Assembly: GCA_951406725.2 (NCBI GenBank)
Contig: OX597816.1
Location: 79,856,001-79,920,000 of the forward strand
Length of the DNA: 64,000 bases
Direction: 5' to 3'
Source: Octopus vulgaris
Taxonomy: Eukaryota
Both the position numbers and the translations under genes were made by a program. Below, in pieces: positions 15,173 to 28,199 of this stretch (within the stretch, counting starts at the first letter, position 1; each line of letters opens with the position of its first letter). Below the pieces are notes generated by a model, which was given only the letters and a program-made list of their open reading frames with translations, had not been told where the DNA came from and searched no databases.

Positions 15173-15557
15173 GGCTTAGTAAAATAAATTACTTCACCGC
15201 ATACTGAACTCATTAGAAATAGCAGCTAAAAAACTTTTTAAAGCTATTTCTAATAAAGAAAATCTCTCTCATATATAGTGTTTGCTTAATTCAACTCACA
15301 AAAGTTTGGGGGTAAGGACATTTGTGAGTTGAATTAAGCAAACACTATATATGAGAGAGATTTTCTTTAAGTATTAGAAATAGCTTTAAAAAAGTTTTTT
15401 AGCTGCTATTTCTAATGAGTTCAGTATGCGGTGAAGTAATTTATTTTACTAAGCCCTTTTATATAATGTAATAATTTGAATTCGTCTTAAATGGTCCCTT
15501 TGCATACTGAACACTTGGTGAAATTGATTAATAATTAATTAATTTTACCCTCAATTG

Positions 15558-15562
<5 letters not shown>
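15163..15562 (+). mobile_element. Fold-back element (about 140 bp inverted arms, 18 nt loop) plus about 100 nt tail, between (TA)n tracts
   Basis: Arms 15163-15302 and 15321-15465 differ by a 4-nt indel and one mismatch. The tail ends ATTTTACCCTCAATTGTTGA(TA)n. Confidence 0.85.
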
Positions 15563-15615
<53 letters not shown>

Positions 15616-15708
15616 TAACTTAGGTTCTGGTAATTATTGGCACAAGCTTTGTCTAACTTAAAAGCGTCACCAGGGGTGTGTTTCCTCATGTTTTAGGACA
15701 TCCTTGCC

Positions 15709-15973
15709 CACTGATTCTCAAACATTCTTTGCCTATGGACCCCTTCGATTCCTATTTTACTCAGACAGACCCTCATAATCATTAGATGTTTAAAACTCCT
15801 ATTGTATACAATTCTTAATATATGATTATAAAATCATATATTAAGAATTGTATTAAAAATTTAAGTATTTCGTTTATTGTAGAAGTACATGCAATTTATT
15901 GCTTAAATTTTAACAAAATCTTATGTGGGCCACCCCACCCAAGGGCCATGGGGACTCCTTTTGAGAACCACTG
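15709..15973. mobile_element. hAT-Charlie-type MITE
   Basis: Terminal inverted repeats cactgattctcaaa / tttgagaaccactg (CAGTGGTTCTCAAA type); imperfect 8-bp TSD tccttgcc / tcctagca. Confidence 0.7.
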
Positions 15974-16781
15974 TCCTAGCACAAGACGTATCCGGGGGCT
16001 AGTAGATAGGAATTTCTCAGAAGAATTTGTCCTATACCGTTTGAATGTTATGGGAGCCCTTTTCTTTTTTGATTTCTTTCGGAATAATGTTGAATAAGTG
16101 CAGGACAAGTTAAGATTAAAATAAATAAATGAATGAATGAATGAATGAATAAATTAATAAAAAAGATTCCTTCAAAACTCCAGTATATTGCCGTACTGTA
16201 TTTTTATAGTTTAATCAGTAAGCAAAGAACAGTACCCTTAATCTACACTTTTTAGCGCCTCAGTGATTGACTAGGAAGAAATTATTCACAAATCGTGGAC
16301 CTTGCACGAATGCTTACAATTTAATGAATTCCGCTAAAGGCATTCAAGGCCAATGCGGTGGGTGTTATAGAGAGTGACTGCTTGCCATCAACCGCTGAAT
16401 AAAATCAAACAACCCAACATTGGTGGAATTTCGACTCAGAATGAATGTAAAGGGGGCGTAACTAAAGCGGCAAGGCATTTTGAACCCAACTCTAACAATT
16501 GCCAATCAACTGAATTCACCGTTAACAAACAAATAGTGAAATAACAAGTCGAACAGCATGCTAACCAGTTTACGTCGGGTGGCCTATCTGTTATATACTG
16601 AAACAATACTACATGTGAATGTACTGTCTGTGTGCATACCAGATATGTGTGTGTGTGTGTGTGTGTGTGTATACACACATACATACATACGTATGTATTT
16701 ATGCATGTATATATATGTATATACGTATATTCATTATATATGTCTGTCTATATATATCTATCTCTCAGTCCCTCCCTCTCT

Positions 16782-16871
<90 letters not shown>

Positions 16872-17009
16872 TACATATATACATACACACACACGGATGA
16901 GTGGACAATCGAAAGAAAAGGCGGAGGGAATATCTTCATTTGTAGAGATGAAAAAATAAAATCACAGATGGCAAAAACAGAGACGAACACGCAATCCAGC
17001 AAGAAAAGT

Positions 17010-17205
<196 letters not shown>

Positions 17206-17289
17206 TGATAGATAGATAGGTGGTGGGGAAAAACACAAGTCTAATGCTCTTAAATGAAGAATTCTAGAATCTTGAGATCATTTGTCCTT

Positions 17290-17537
17290 CTCAAGGGGAG
17301 CTGCGCATAATTACCATTTGGTATTTATGATACATCCACTAAAGGTAGAGATACCATGAAACCAGTCTGCAGATGCCTGACCAGCAAGGAGAAGCGGCTG
17401 ACCTCCCCTGTCGAAGGTTATAATGGACATAGGTTCGTGTGTCACATAGCTAGCTAGAGGCGATGGCCTCTTGGAGCTAATCAACGGCAGCATTCGCCCT
17501 ATATTTTTGGACTGCCATATTAACTTGGTGATAACTA

Positions 17538-17540
<3 letters not shown>
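17290..17540 (+). mobile_element. Short element with a decayed hammerhead (17333-17375); same family as 50710-50960(-)
   Basis: catcca-ctaaa-GGTA.gaga.TACC-at-GAAAccagTC-tgcagatg. Downstream blocks ggacatagg, ggagctaa and ggactgccatattaacttg align with the 50.8 kb copy. Confidence 0.5.
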
Positions 17541-17618
<78 letters not shown>

Positions 17619-18247
17619 TCTAGATGTTTTGCGTTCTTGTCACATTTTTGTATTTTTTATATATAAAATATAGCGGCGTACGTACACTTTGGTATCTTTT
17701 ATGTAAGTATATATAAATATGAATTTTGTACAACTCTATTATTCTTTCTATTCTTTCATTCTTTCCTTCTTTCTGTCAGCCCTTTCACACTTCGTTCATT
17801 CCACTCTTCGTTCTTTCACCTCCCCTCTCTCACATTTCCTGGCCTTCTCTTCATGCTCACTTTCCCTCCTCCTTTCACTTCACTGTGTCTCTTTCATTTT
17901 TTCTCGCACCTCCTTAATTCTTCCATTCCTCTACCTCTACCTCTCTCTCTTCTCTCCTCATGTGACTGGTGTTCGACCAGTCCTGAGCTTTCTTACAACC
18001 GTGTAACATCTTTATTCCTCCCTGTGGCTCTTAAAACTTATGTCCCTGCCGTAAGGCTCTACATCCACACACGCCAGCTTAATTTAATTCGCCCTTAGTC
18101 GAAAGACACCTGTTGTTATGTCCTGTTAACTGCATTTGTATTTGTGTAACATTTCTCTGTTTTTTTTTTCGTCCTTGTTTTCGTATACATTCGCTGCTTT
18201 CTTCCAAGGAATCTAATGCTCTTAGCTTAGTTTTTCCTTGGGGTTAG

Positions 18248-18317
18248 CCAGATTGGAGCATTCTCGAGAATAACCAACCGAAATTGCAAAGATAATCTGG
18301 AACTCGACTGAGGACAG
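18248..18317 (+). ncRNA. Decayed non-circularly permuted hammerhead-like ribozyme
   Basis: CCAGATT/AATCTGG stem; gcatTC-TCGAG ... cc-GAA-Attgc ... CTCGA-CTGAGGA. Same strand order as the motif at 60196-60270. Confidence 0.5.
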
Positions 18318-18428
18318 AAAACTCCGAATGGCCCGTCCTTGTATTCTATGTATCGTCTGTCTGGATGTTTTGCGTACTTGCCCCATTTGTGTGTGTGTAT
18401 ATATATATACACACACATATACATATAT

Positions 18429-18462
<34 letters not shown>

Positions 18463-18486
18463 TCATATATATACACACACACACAC

Positions 18487-18520
<34 letters not shown>

Positions 18521-20063
18521 TTATATACACACGCACACACTCATACTCATACTTGTATTTACTGAGAGCTATACTCATAGAAGAGGTGTAGTGTAAATTA
18601 CAGCAATGGAATAGTGAACAATTTCAATCTTCGTATAAACGTCTCCCAACTCTGTCATCTGCTGTTCGTTATTTAATCTGTAGCCGACCTCCAGCATATT
18701 AAACTCATCCTGGCCTCATTAATATTTTTCATTGAGTTTCAAATGAACAAATTGAAGAGAAATATAAAATATAGGAAATATATTAGGTAGTCTACCAGAC
18801 AGCTTTAAAGAAATCCTGTAAGCTGTATTCCAAATAATTTCGTTGACTTTGATTTCAAGATCCATTAAATCTGTTACATTAAAGATATCAGTTTATCTGA
18901 TAGATTTTTATTTTCTCTGAGAATATTTTTCCTAGTTATACCAAGTTTAATTTAACGGATGAAAGCATTTAATGTATCTAACTACTGCCTTTTGTATGAA
19001 CACCAAATGAGCTCTCAACGCCTAACATCAATAGCATGCATACTGCATAAAAGTTTCCTGCATTCGAACTCAACTTATAGAACAAACTTCCAAATGCAGA
19101 AAACGGAATTACCTCAATCGAAGTACGAGTCAAACTTTCGTATGTCAAATTTTCAAAATTTGACTGCATATAATCCTTACGAGATAATCCTTACGATTAT
19201 CTCCTACAAAAGAAAAGCTGCATGTCAATGGTTGACACACTAGGCCACTTTTTGAGCCCTCCTGTCAAAAGCACATCTTTAGTATCGTTAGGACTGTGTT
19301 CCAAAGTCTGGTCTTTTTCTTTAGGGCAAAGGGATATTTCATCCCCTAAAAGCTGCTTACAAGCTACAAAATTCAAATGAGACCCACAATAAAGTACTAC
19401 TCCTACATCTGGGACAGTGCTGCTACTACGGAAACACACTCTGGGTCGCATCTACAGAGGTGCCACTAGACTAATTGGTATTCCATCATTAACAGACACA
19501 CTCCGACCTCTGACCAACATGCGTGTTGTTTCATCTCTGCCATTTTTGTTGCTACTATAATGAACTCTGTTACTCGAACCTGGCTGGTCCCGTACATGCA
19601 ACACACAGGCATCTCCGATTCACTCGTATTTCAGCCTCTAATCACTCTTGACGCGTCCGAGTCACTTGGAACTGCAGTAACCATTGTGTTCAGTCTTTTC
19701 TTCTCAGAAAATTCTTATGGAATCTTTTTTTTTTCTTTGTTTTCATGTCTTTCATGTATGTGCTGACCTGCACCAGTTAATCCTTGCATCAATGGCATGA
19801 GGGTCACTCATCTCGGAGGGGTAGCAAATGTCATGGGCAGTGACCATTCCTATTTATTCAACAAGAAAATTAAAAATATGCTTGGCGAGCTAATTTGTTC
19901 ATAAATGCATTTAAGAAAGAGAAAGGAAAAAAAAAACAAACAAAAAAACACGGACGAAAGAGATTAAGAAATAAATGTGTTTTTATCTAAACTGATAGAT
20001 GGGGAAACGAGATGGACAGACAGACAGACAGATAGATTGATAGGCAGATAGACACACAGACAG

Positions 20064-20094
<31 letters not shown>

Positions 20095-20099
20095 GATAA

Positions 20100-20134
<35 letters not shown>

Positions 20135-20599
20135 CATACATACATACATACATAATGCATGTATACGTACATACTTACACACATACACATACATATGCAG
20201 GCATACATACATACATACATGCATACATACATACATACATACATACATACATACATACATACATACATACATACATACATACATACATACATACATACAT
20301 ACATACTTATAAAAACAGGCGGATTACAGAGAGATAGCTTCGTCCGTTTAATTAAAGTTGGTGTAATAAAACTAGAAATTATTCTCTTCGCAAATTAATT
20401 AAATTTATCGATGAAATATATCTAACATGTGCAATAGGCTTAATGTGTTTTTAGAGAAAATCGATGAAATTATTTACAGTTTACAAGATGTTTTACAAAA
20501 CGTCTGCTAGACTATATATTTCTTAGAAGCTTTACCTATATAGAAATTGTTCTTTGTATTTGTGACTCAATGAAAGCATCCAGAGAGCAGAATCTTTCT

Positions 20600-20885
20600 T
20601 TTATCTTTCTTTTACATGTTTCAGTAATTGGACTGCGGCTATGCTGGTGCACCGCCTTCGAAGGTATTAGTCGTGCAAATCGACCCCCAGTACTGATTTT
20701 GTAAGTCTAGTACTTATTGTAACGTCGCTTTGCCAAACCGCTACGTTACGAGGACGTAAACTAGCAACACCGGTTGCAAATTAGTGGTGGAGTACAAGGG
20801 ACAAACACAACACAAACATTTACGCATAGTTACACACAGACAAACACACACACACACACACAGCGCAGCGTGCTTCTTTCTGTTT
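20600..20885 (-). mobile_element. SINE family A, diverged tail half
   Basis: gtttcagtaattggactgcggctatgctgg...cgacccccagtact...ttgccaaaccgctacgttacg. Confidence 0.7.
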
Positions 20886-20919
20886 CCACATTAACGAAGG
20901 ACAAGCTATTGGTCGAAAG

Positions 20920-21457
20920 TTAGATGCAACATTTCCCTTTTCAGGATCCCTTTGTCATCCAGCTGGGTACTGCGCCTTTCTGCAAGCACTCATCTAGCTG
21001 TTTCGGTATCCTTTCATGGAACCCTCTCAGCTTCTTCATACAATAACCTTAGACCCCATTCGGTCCTGGACACTTCCAATTTCGGAAATTTCTTAACTGC
21101 TTTTTTTAAAATCATTTCTGTCGTCATTTTTGTCTTCTTGGCCTTCTATATTTCTTGACCTATCTTGGATTTCATGCAGCCACTCTATTTCATCATTATG
21201 CTCTATAGGTTGGTCCCAGATCCCTCTCCAGAATGCCTTGCTTTTCTCTTCATCTGGTATCATTGTTATGTGTAATTGCCCATCTAGTTCCCGAAACAGT
21301 TTCTTTTGATTCGCTTCAAACAATCTGTTTTACCTGAATTGTTTTGTTCTATTGTCATATCTTTCCAGTTTTGCTTTGATTGCTATTACTTTTTGTTTCA
21401 GTTCTTCCAATATCACATCATACCCTTGATCCCTTATTCTATACGTTCTTTCCAGTA
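20920..21457 (-). pseudogene. R4/Dong-type non-LTR retrotransposon ORF fragment (pre-RT region)
   Basis: ORFs 21330..21572 and 21093..21323: EELKQKVIAIKAKLERY...FEANQKKLFRELDG...FWRGIWDQPIEHN..EWL; abuts (TAA)n. Confidence 0.7.
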
Positions 21458-21647
21458 TATTATTATTATTATTATTATTGTTGTTATTGTATGAAAATTC
21501 ACGACTAGGTATGATGGAAAGTGTCAGCTGTCGACAGCCAGCAGACCAAGGTGACAGTTGATTACTAGTCATGCTTCAAGAACCCTGCGAAAAATTCTTG
21601 CTGTTCCAAGCTATGCTGATTTTTTCCTTGTGCCCATAGTAGAAAGA

Positions 21648-21701
<54 letters not shown>

Positions 21702-22913
21702 GCAGTTGTTGTCGTCGACGTTTTTTTTGCCGTTTGATAAATGTTTAATCATCCTGTTGGATAATAACTTAGAAAGCATTCTATAAATTATCTTCAGACA
21801 AGCGATGATGAGATAAGTTGTTCACAAATACCGCCCCATCAATTCTTTCCTTGGGAAGAGTCAACTACGACATCCACCAAGAAAATTTTATTTCATTCTC
21901 TTGGTGGAAGGTGTCTTTGTAGATTTAACCGCTGAAAAGCTGTTTAGATAGATAGTTCAAGATTGTGATGAAAGCTGCCGTTATCTATGTCAAACTTTAA
22001 CCACTAAAATTGTTGATGTCAGTTCCAGAACTTTTCAAGATTTCCGAATTCGTTTAGAGCAAGTCTCAAATCAAATACTGTAATGTTCTGGGGAGATGGT
22101 CTTTCAGTTCTTATTATTCCATTTAGTATTCTAATGAGCTTTTATTTTTGTTACGCTAAGCTTCGTTTTGAAAACGAGTTTTCGAAATGTCACTGCATAT
22201 TGCCCTATGCAACATTCTTTATTGGCTATTGGTTATTCTTCATCTTGGAGCTCATCACGAAGTTTTATGATTAAAGGTATCCCAACCATGACAATCCTGC
22301 CAAAATTCCAGTCTACATTAGACTATATTAGCAAATGCCTCATTCATTCTTTCTAAAACATTGGATACGATTAGAAGATTTGACCAATTTCATTTCAATA
22401 CATAAAGCGATTATATGAAGTACTCCCTTATCGGCTCGAATATTTTGGGGTATGTTTCAAATTCCGAAAAATCTATTATGGCAGATTATCTTTCGTTTAA
22501 ATATTGGAAGAATTCCTTTTGTTTATTTGTTTTGTTATGCTAACTTATCATACGGGACATATAGTTTTCTAAACTTTCTTGGCTATCTTACTTGGCTCGC
22601 AACGTATATTAGCCTTTCGTTTACTCTTTCAATTCTTCTATGTTGTTTACTACGATATATTGTAATTAACCAATGTTTATTTAGCCACGCTTTTTTTTTT
22701 GTGTGATTATGAAACCCCATAGGGAATCGTTTAACTCATTTACATTACTAATGTTATAATGTTGAATTTACCATTGTACATCACGTTTAGTCTCGTATAA
22801 TCTATATTATTTAAGTGGAGGAGTTTCTTTAAGAAGAAATTATTGATTACTTTTCAACAAGTTACAGGTATGTTGATCACACAGCGTGTCTGTTCGCATC
22901 TGTCATCAGTATT

Positions 22914-22965
22914 TCTTCTTCTTCTTCTTCTTCTTCTTCTTCTTCTTCTTCTTCTTCTTCTTCTT

Positions 22966-23017
<52 letters not shown>

Positions 23018-23057
23018 TATTACTACTACTACTACTACTAATAATAATAATAATAAT
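22914..23057. repeat. Compound trinucleotide microsatellite (CTT)n(CTA)n(ATA)n
   Basis: Read directly. One of dozens of (TA)n, (CA)n, (TATG)n, (TAGA)n and triplet tracts throughout the window. Confidence 0.95.
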
Positions 23058-23617
23058 GAGCGCCCCCCACGAAAAAGTGTGTGTGTATCTCCATTGGATC
23101 TTATGCCGTAAATACCAATATGAAGTTACAGAGAATTGATATGAGCATTACCAAGTAAAATTATGCAGGAGGATGGAAAAGTAACGACACTCAGGGACTA
23201 TGATTTTCAGACGGACACCATCGGCCGGATATTGTCATATTGAATAAGAGAGACATATACTGTTAGATAATTGAGGTAGTTATAACAAATGACATGAATG
23301 TTGTGAGTAAAGCGGTTGAAAAAAAATCACCAAATACTCCGAATTGAAAGTGGAAATGGCAAGACTGTATGGAATGCAAGAGGGTAATGTAAATGTGGTA
23401 CTAGTGGTGATCGGAGCGTTGCGCTCAATCCCATTGAAACTTCAAGACTTCTTAAGGCAACGGGAAATCCCATGCAAGATTGATGTCTTGCAAAAGCAGC
23501 CTTTATTGGGCGTAGCGCACATCTTAAGGAAACTATTATCAATCAGAGGTCCTTGTTGGGACTTGACAGATGTCTAAAGACTCCGGTGCATTTCTACCTA
23601 CACTGTCTTACGATGGA
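23058..23617 (+). pseudogene. R4/Dong-type LINE 3' end with restriction-like endonuclease
   Basis: LHWILCRKY, RPDIVILNK, KYSELKVEMARLYG..VVLVVIGALRSIP..LQKQPLLGVAHILRKLL, then a short 3'UTR and a triplet tail. Confidence 0.8.
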
Positions 23618-23629
23618 GTAGTAGTAGTA

Positions 23630-23723
<94 letters not shown>

Positions 23724-23763
23724 CGACGACGACGACGACGACGACGATGATGATGATGATGAT

Positions 23764-24510
23764 AAAAAGACAAAGAAAGATTACATGCGGCGAGTACCAA
23801 AATACTGGCTTCAAAGCTGTATGTCAGAAACAGTTTCGGCAATAAACTCGCACGTAGACGCAGTAGTTCGATGTGGCGCTGGAATCCTGAAGAGGACAGA
23901 GGAGGAACTAAAGGAGTTGACAGGAAGTCAAGAGATTCCTAACGATTCATGGAGCCCATCGTCCACGTGCATATACTGATCACCTATACAGGAAGAGAGC
24001 AAATGGAGGAAGAGGACTAATAAGTGTGGAAGACCGCGTACGTATCGAACTCGAGCGCTTAATGAGATAACAGTCCAAATTAAGGACACCTTGTTAGTGT
24101 CAGTTAGGAATGGGGGAATATTGAAAGCAGAGAAAAAAGGAAACACAAAAGAAGTACAAAAAGGCCACGAAGAAGAGTTATGCAACAAGGGACTACACAA
24201 TGAATTCCATGTAGCCACAGCAGAAGTAGCTGGAAAACATAGGTGGGATTGGCTAAAGAAAGGAACACTGAAAAAAGAGACTGAGGGCACTATACTGGCA
24301 GCACAAGACCAATCTTTGGCCACAAACTGGAGAGTCAACCTTAGGAATGATCAAGTGTTTCCGCTGTGCAGCATCTGCAATAGAGTGGATGAAGCCATAG
24401 AACCATAGCCCATATCACGAACGAATGCTCTAGACTCCCCAAAACCATTTAGGAAACTGAGCGAAGAGTGGTGGCTAGAGAGAGGCAAGAAGTGGTATGA
24501 AAAAGGTGAA
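23764..24510 (+). pseudogene. R4/Dong-type LINE fragment (RT C-terminus and zinc knuckle)
   Basis: AINSHVDAVVRCGAG; WDWLKKGTLKKETEGTILAAQDQSL..CSICNRVDEAI. Confidence 0.8.
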
Positions 24511-24747
24511 GATAGTGCCAATTATTGTTGGTGGTGATGGTGGTGGTAGGAGGAATTTAAAATAGAGATGTTACAAATATTTAATATGATATTTCGGGGA
24601 ATTGAAACCAATTAGATCGCCAGAATCCGGCAGTGATCTTAAAATGTTTTGGAAAATTCTATACGGAGGTATTTTTAAAAAAATAATTTCGAAAATGAGG
24701 AACGGTTTTAGATAAATTAAAGAAAAAGAATATTCTTTTATTTTTTA

Positions 24748-25123
24748 CTAGCAGTATAGCCCAGCGTTGCTCGGGCTTGTTTTCTTTTCGACCCTTTAGA
24801 ATTAGAATTTTTGAAAAGTAAAAATTTTGCATTATGTAGCTTGTTATTCTCTTTAAGTGAACATTTTTCAGGTTGAAATACACCGAAAAATCGTAAAAAA
24901 TAGGGATTTTCATAGAAAAAAAGCACCTTTTTGATGTAAATAATTTTTGGTGTTAACATGGTCCGATTTGAATTTTTTCTTCTACGGAAGGAAGAGCAAG
25001 CCTTCTTCTATCATACTCTCAATTTTGGTCAACTTGCACCGTAGGGTCTCGGAGGAGATAGTGTTAGTTGAAGGCTACCAAAGCTGCCATACACAGACAA
25101 CTTCAGCTTTATATATATAGAGA
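24748..25123 (-). mobile_element. Non-autonomous Helitron
   Basis: Minus strand: A|TCTCTATATATATAAAGC... ending with hairpin CCCGAGCAACGCTGGG then CTAG|T; inserted between A and T. Confidence 0.8.
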
Positions 25124-25380
25124 TTTGTTTCAGTCATTTGACTGCGGCCATACTGGAGCCCCGCCTTTAGTCGAAGAAAGCGACCCCAGGACTTATTCTG
25201 TGTAAGCCTAGTACTTAGTCTATCGGTCTCTTTTGCCGAACCGCTAAGTTACAGGGACTTAAACACACCAACGTCAGTTTTCAAGCGATGGTGGAGGTGG
25301 GTGGGAGGCAAACACAGATACACAAACATATATATGTATATACGACGAGATTCTTTCAGTTTCCGTCTACGAAATCCACT
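25124..25380 (-). mobile_element. SINE family A fragment; its tail abuts the Helitron
   Basis: ttgtttcagtcatttgactgcggcc...ttccgtctacgaaatccact. Confidence 0.8.
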
Positions 25381-26511
25381 CTATCCACGCCTATATGTTC
25401 GACACTCCGAAAGTTGGAATTCACATGTTTTCATGACAACATAATGAACCAGCGTGACCGTATCAACTGGAGCGACCGTATCGAAAAAAACATTGAGATG
25501 GAGGATATTGATAATCATCATTAGCGGCTAGGGAAAATTTAAGAAATCTGTCAGTCATATTGAAAATCGAGACGGATGCTGTGAAGTATGAACAACCGAA
25601 CGGAACAGTACAGTGCCTTTCTGTGAAGAGAAGTTAGAAATAAACCACAGTGCCGCGGTTGATTATAACAGCTATATGAGGGAAATGTGTTCAGAGGACC
25701 TACTTCAAAAACCAACGTAAATAGGTTTTCCTGGAACGACCATCAAGATAGACGAGACAATGTATTCTAGCTGGAAATACTATTGAGAAAGAATGATAGC
25801 GGTGAAGTAGATCTTCAGCAGTGTGTGTTGCGGTGCATAACCGAATTTCACCACCTTCTACGTTGTTTTGTTTCTCAGTTTTCCATAAATTAACTTGTTT
25901 CATGATTTCATTTTCTTTCACTTATTTCTCATCTTAAAAATGATAAAAACAAATGTTGTTGCTTATTTTATTAATTTCGCACAAAATATCATAGAAGAAA
26001 TGTAAAAATTAAAAAAATTACGAGAGAAACACGTCTTCAAGAATAAAATAAATAAAAATAACGAGTGAACATCAATTCCGATATCCAACGCAAATGATAG
26101 GTTGAATTTCTCACAAGAAAAAATTTCTAAGATTCGTACCGACTTTATTTCTAATACCTTCAGGATTTTTTTTTGTAATTAGCATGTTAAACTACATCTA
26201 GGTAGAAATTTTCAAAAAGTTGAATCTGGTGTATGAAATCGAAAAATCCATATCTGCGGTCCTAGATGAGCCAACGTCATGGTAAGAAATTCAACTGAGG
26301 GCCGCAGCATTAAATCAAAGGACTGTAGAAATCTAGAAAGTATATAGGTAGTGCTCCAGCATGGCAGCAGTCCTTGGGTTAAAAGTAGTAACAAAAAAAA
26401 AAAGAATATATACGCCTGTTATTTCGGTGTCTTGTTTTGAACCAGATTTAGTATGTGTATATGAAAGTATGTGACCGTGCTTCATTGTGTACGATTCTTT
26501 TTCATTTAGTA

Positions 26512-26883
26512 CTAGCAGTATCGCCCGGCGTTGCTCGGGTTTGTAAGGGAAATAACTATACAGCATTTTTAGAGAGTTATAGCCAAAAAATGGAAAAAAA
26601 AAATGGTAAATTTTTTTTGAGAGTTAAAAAGGTCGAGTTGCGTCCCCTAGACAGTCTGTGGTTTGTGTTTCTGATTCTCGACTCCATGTCGAATTTATCA
26701 ATTTTTTTCAGAACTGGGGGAACTTTTCAAAATTTTCGCTGCGTTAGTTTTGAATTATGACATTGGGCTATGTGTGTGTCAAGTTTCATCAGAATCGGTT
26801 GAAAGCCGTGGTCAGGGTGAGGGTACAACCTAACAGACACACAGACACGCAGACAGACAAACTGCCGTTTATATAGAGAGAGA
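26512..26883 (-). mobile_element. Non-autonomous Helitron (second subfamily)
   Basis: Minus strand: A|TCTCTCTCTATATAAAC...CCCGAGCAACGCCGGGCGATACTGCTAG|T; same termini as 24748-25123 with a different interior. Confidence 0.8.
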
Positions 26884-27908
26884 TGTATGGTGAGTGTGTG
26901 AATATATGACTGAAAGCCGGAGAGGAAAGAGTAGCTGGAGGCCGAGGAAAAAATAGTTAAAACAAATGGTTGACGACGATTAATTTCTTTTTCATTTTGA
27001 TTTTGATAAATAGGATCCCTACTGTGGCTGTAGCTGAAATCAGACTTCAGCAAATACATTCAGGAAAAAGAGGATTATAGCACAAGTACGAACTCTTGAC
27101 ATTGTCACCTGTGCTTTGTTTGAAGTATAATGTCAAGAAGCGAGGTCACCTTGCTGTTTCCACACCGAGGAGAATAATAGAATTAGAGAATAAAAACAGA
27201 GAAAAATTGACCAGATCACATAAGTAGGTGGAAAGCTAATAATAACGTTAGTAATGAAATATTGACATAAAAGTTCATTTTGTCAGAAAACAGAATATAG
27301 GAACAGCAGAACAAACAAATTCAAACAGATTAGAAAAAAAAACTATAATTGGATAGAATTTGATAAATAGAATAGAATCTATCTGTATAGATTACGGAGT
27401 AGGTGAAACATTAATAATATAATGTAATTTTCATACACTTGTATGCAGACAAGTTCGCCCTTAGCTAGAAAAGATAGATAACAGAAAATACTAGAAACGA
27501 TAGTAGAACAAACTAGAAATGATAGTTGGGCATAATAGAAAATAAATTGAAATAGAATAGAGATAAGGTAACAAAGTAGGAGTGAATGAGATTAGTTGAT
27601 GATGTATAAATTAGTATTAATATTAAATGATCCGTTTATTTTCTTGTCTGGAAATAATAGATACAATAAATACAATTGGACAGATCTCAGAAAGGCAATA
27701 CACCCCAAGCTGTGCAAGACATACATTCGACAAAATTCATCCAGTTATTTTCCTTACATTCTATCACTTTCACCACCTAGTCGCCTGCAAAACACACATA
27801 CCCGCACGCGTGCGCACACACGCAGACACATATACACATACACACACACACACATACACACAAACATACACATACACACTCTCGCTCCCTAGATATGTAT
27901 ATTGCGTA

Positions 27909-27984
<76 letters not shown>

Positions 27985-28199
27985 CCACTCATACAACGTA
28001 GGAAACTCTCGGACCTTGAGTCACTCTGTTACTTCTGGTACATATTAATATATATATATATATATATACATATATATTTATATCCGGTTTTAAAAGACAT
28101 TTCTAGGTATAGCCACAATATTTAAGCAAAAGAATATTTTAATTAAAAACTTAAGTGTATAAAAAAACAACTTTTAAGATAGATTAATACAGACAGAAT

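Noticed and set aside
19240-19850. Possible LTR-element remnant (purine run then TGTCATGG)
   Set aside because: No second LTR or recognisable domain found.
25400-25960. Possible mariner-like remnant
   Set aside because: Only a vague HTH-like peptide; no TIR pair or catalytic motif identified.
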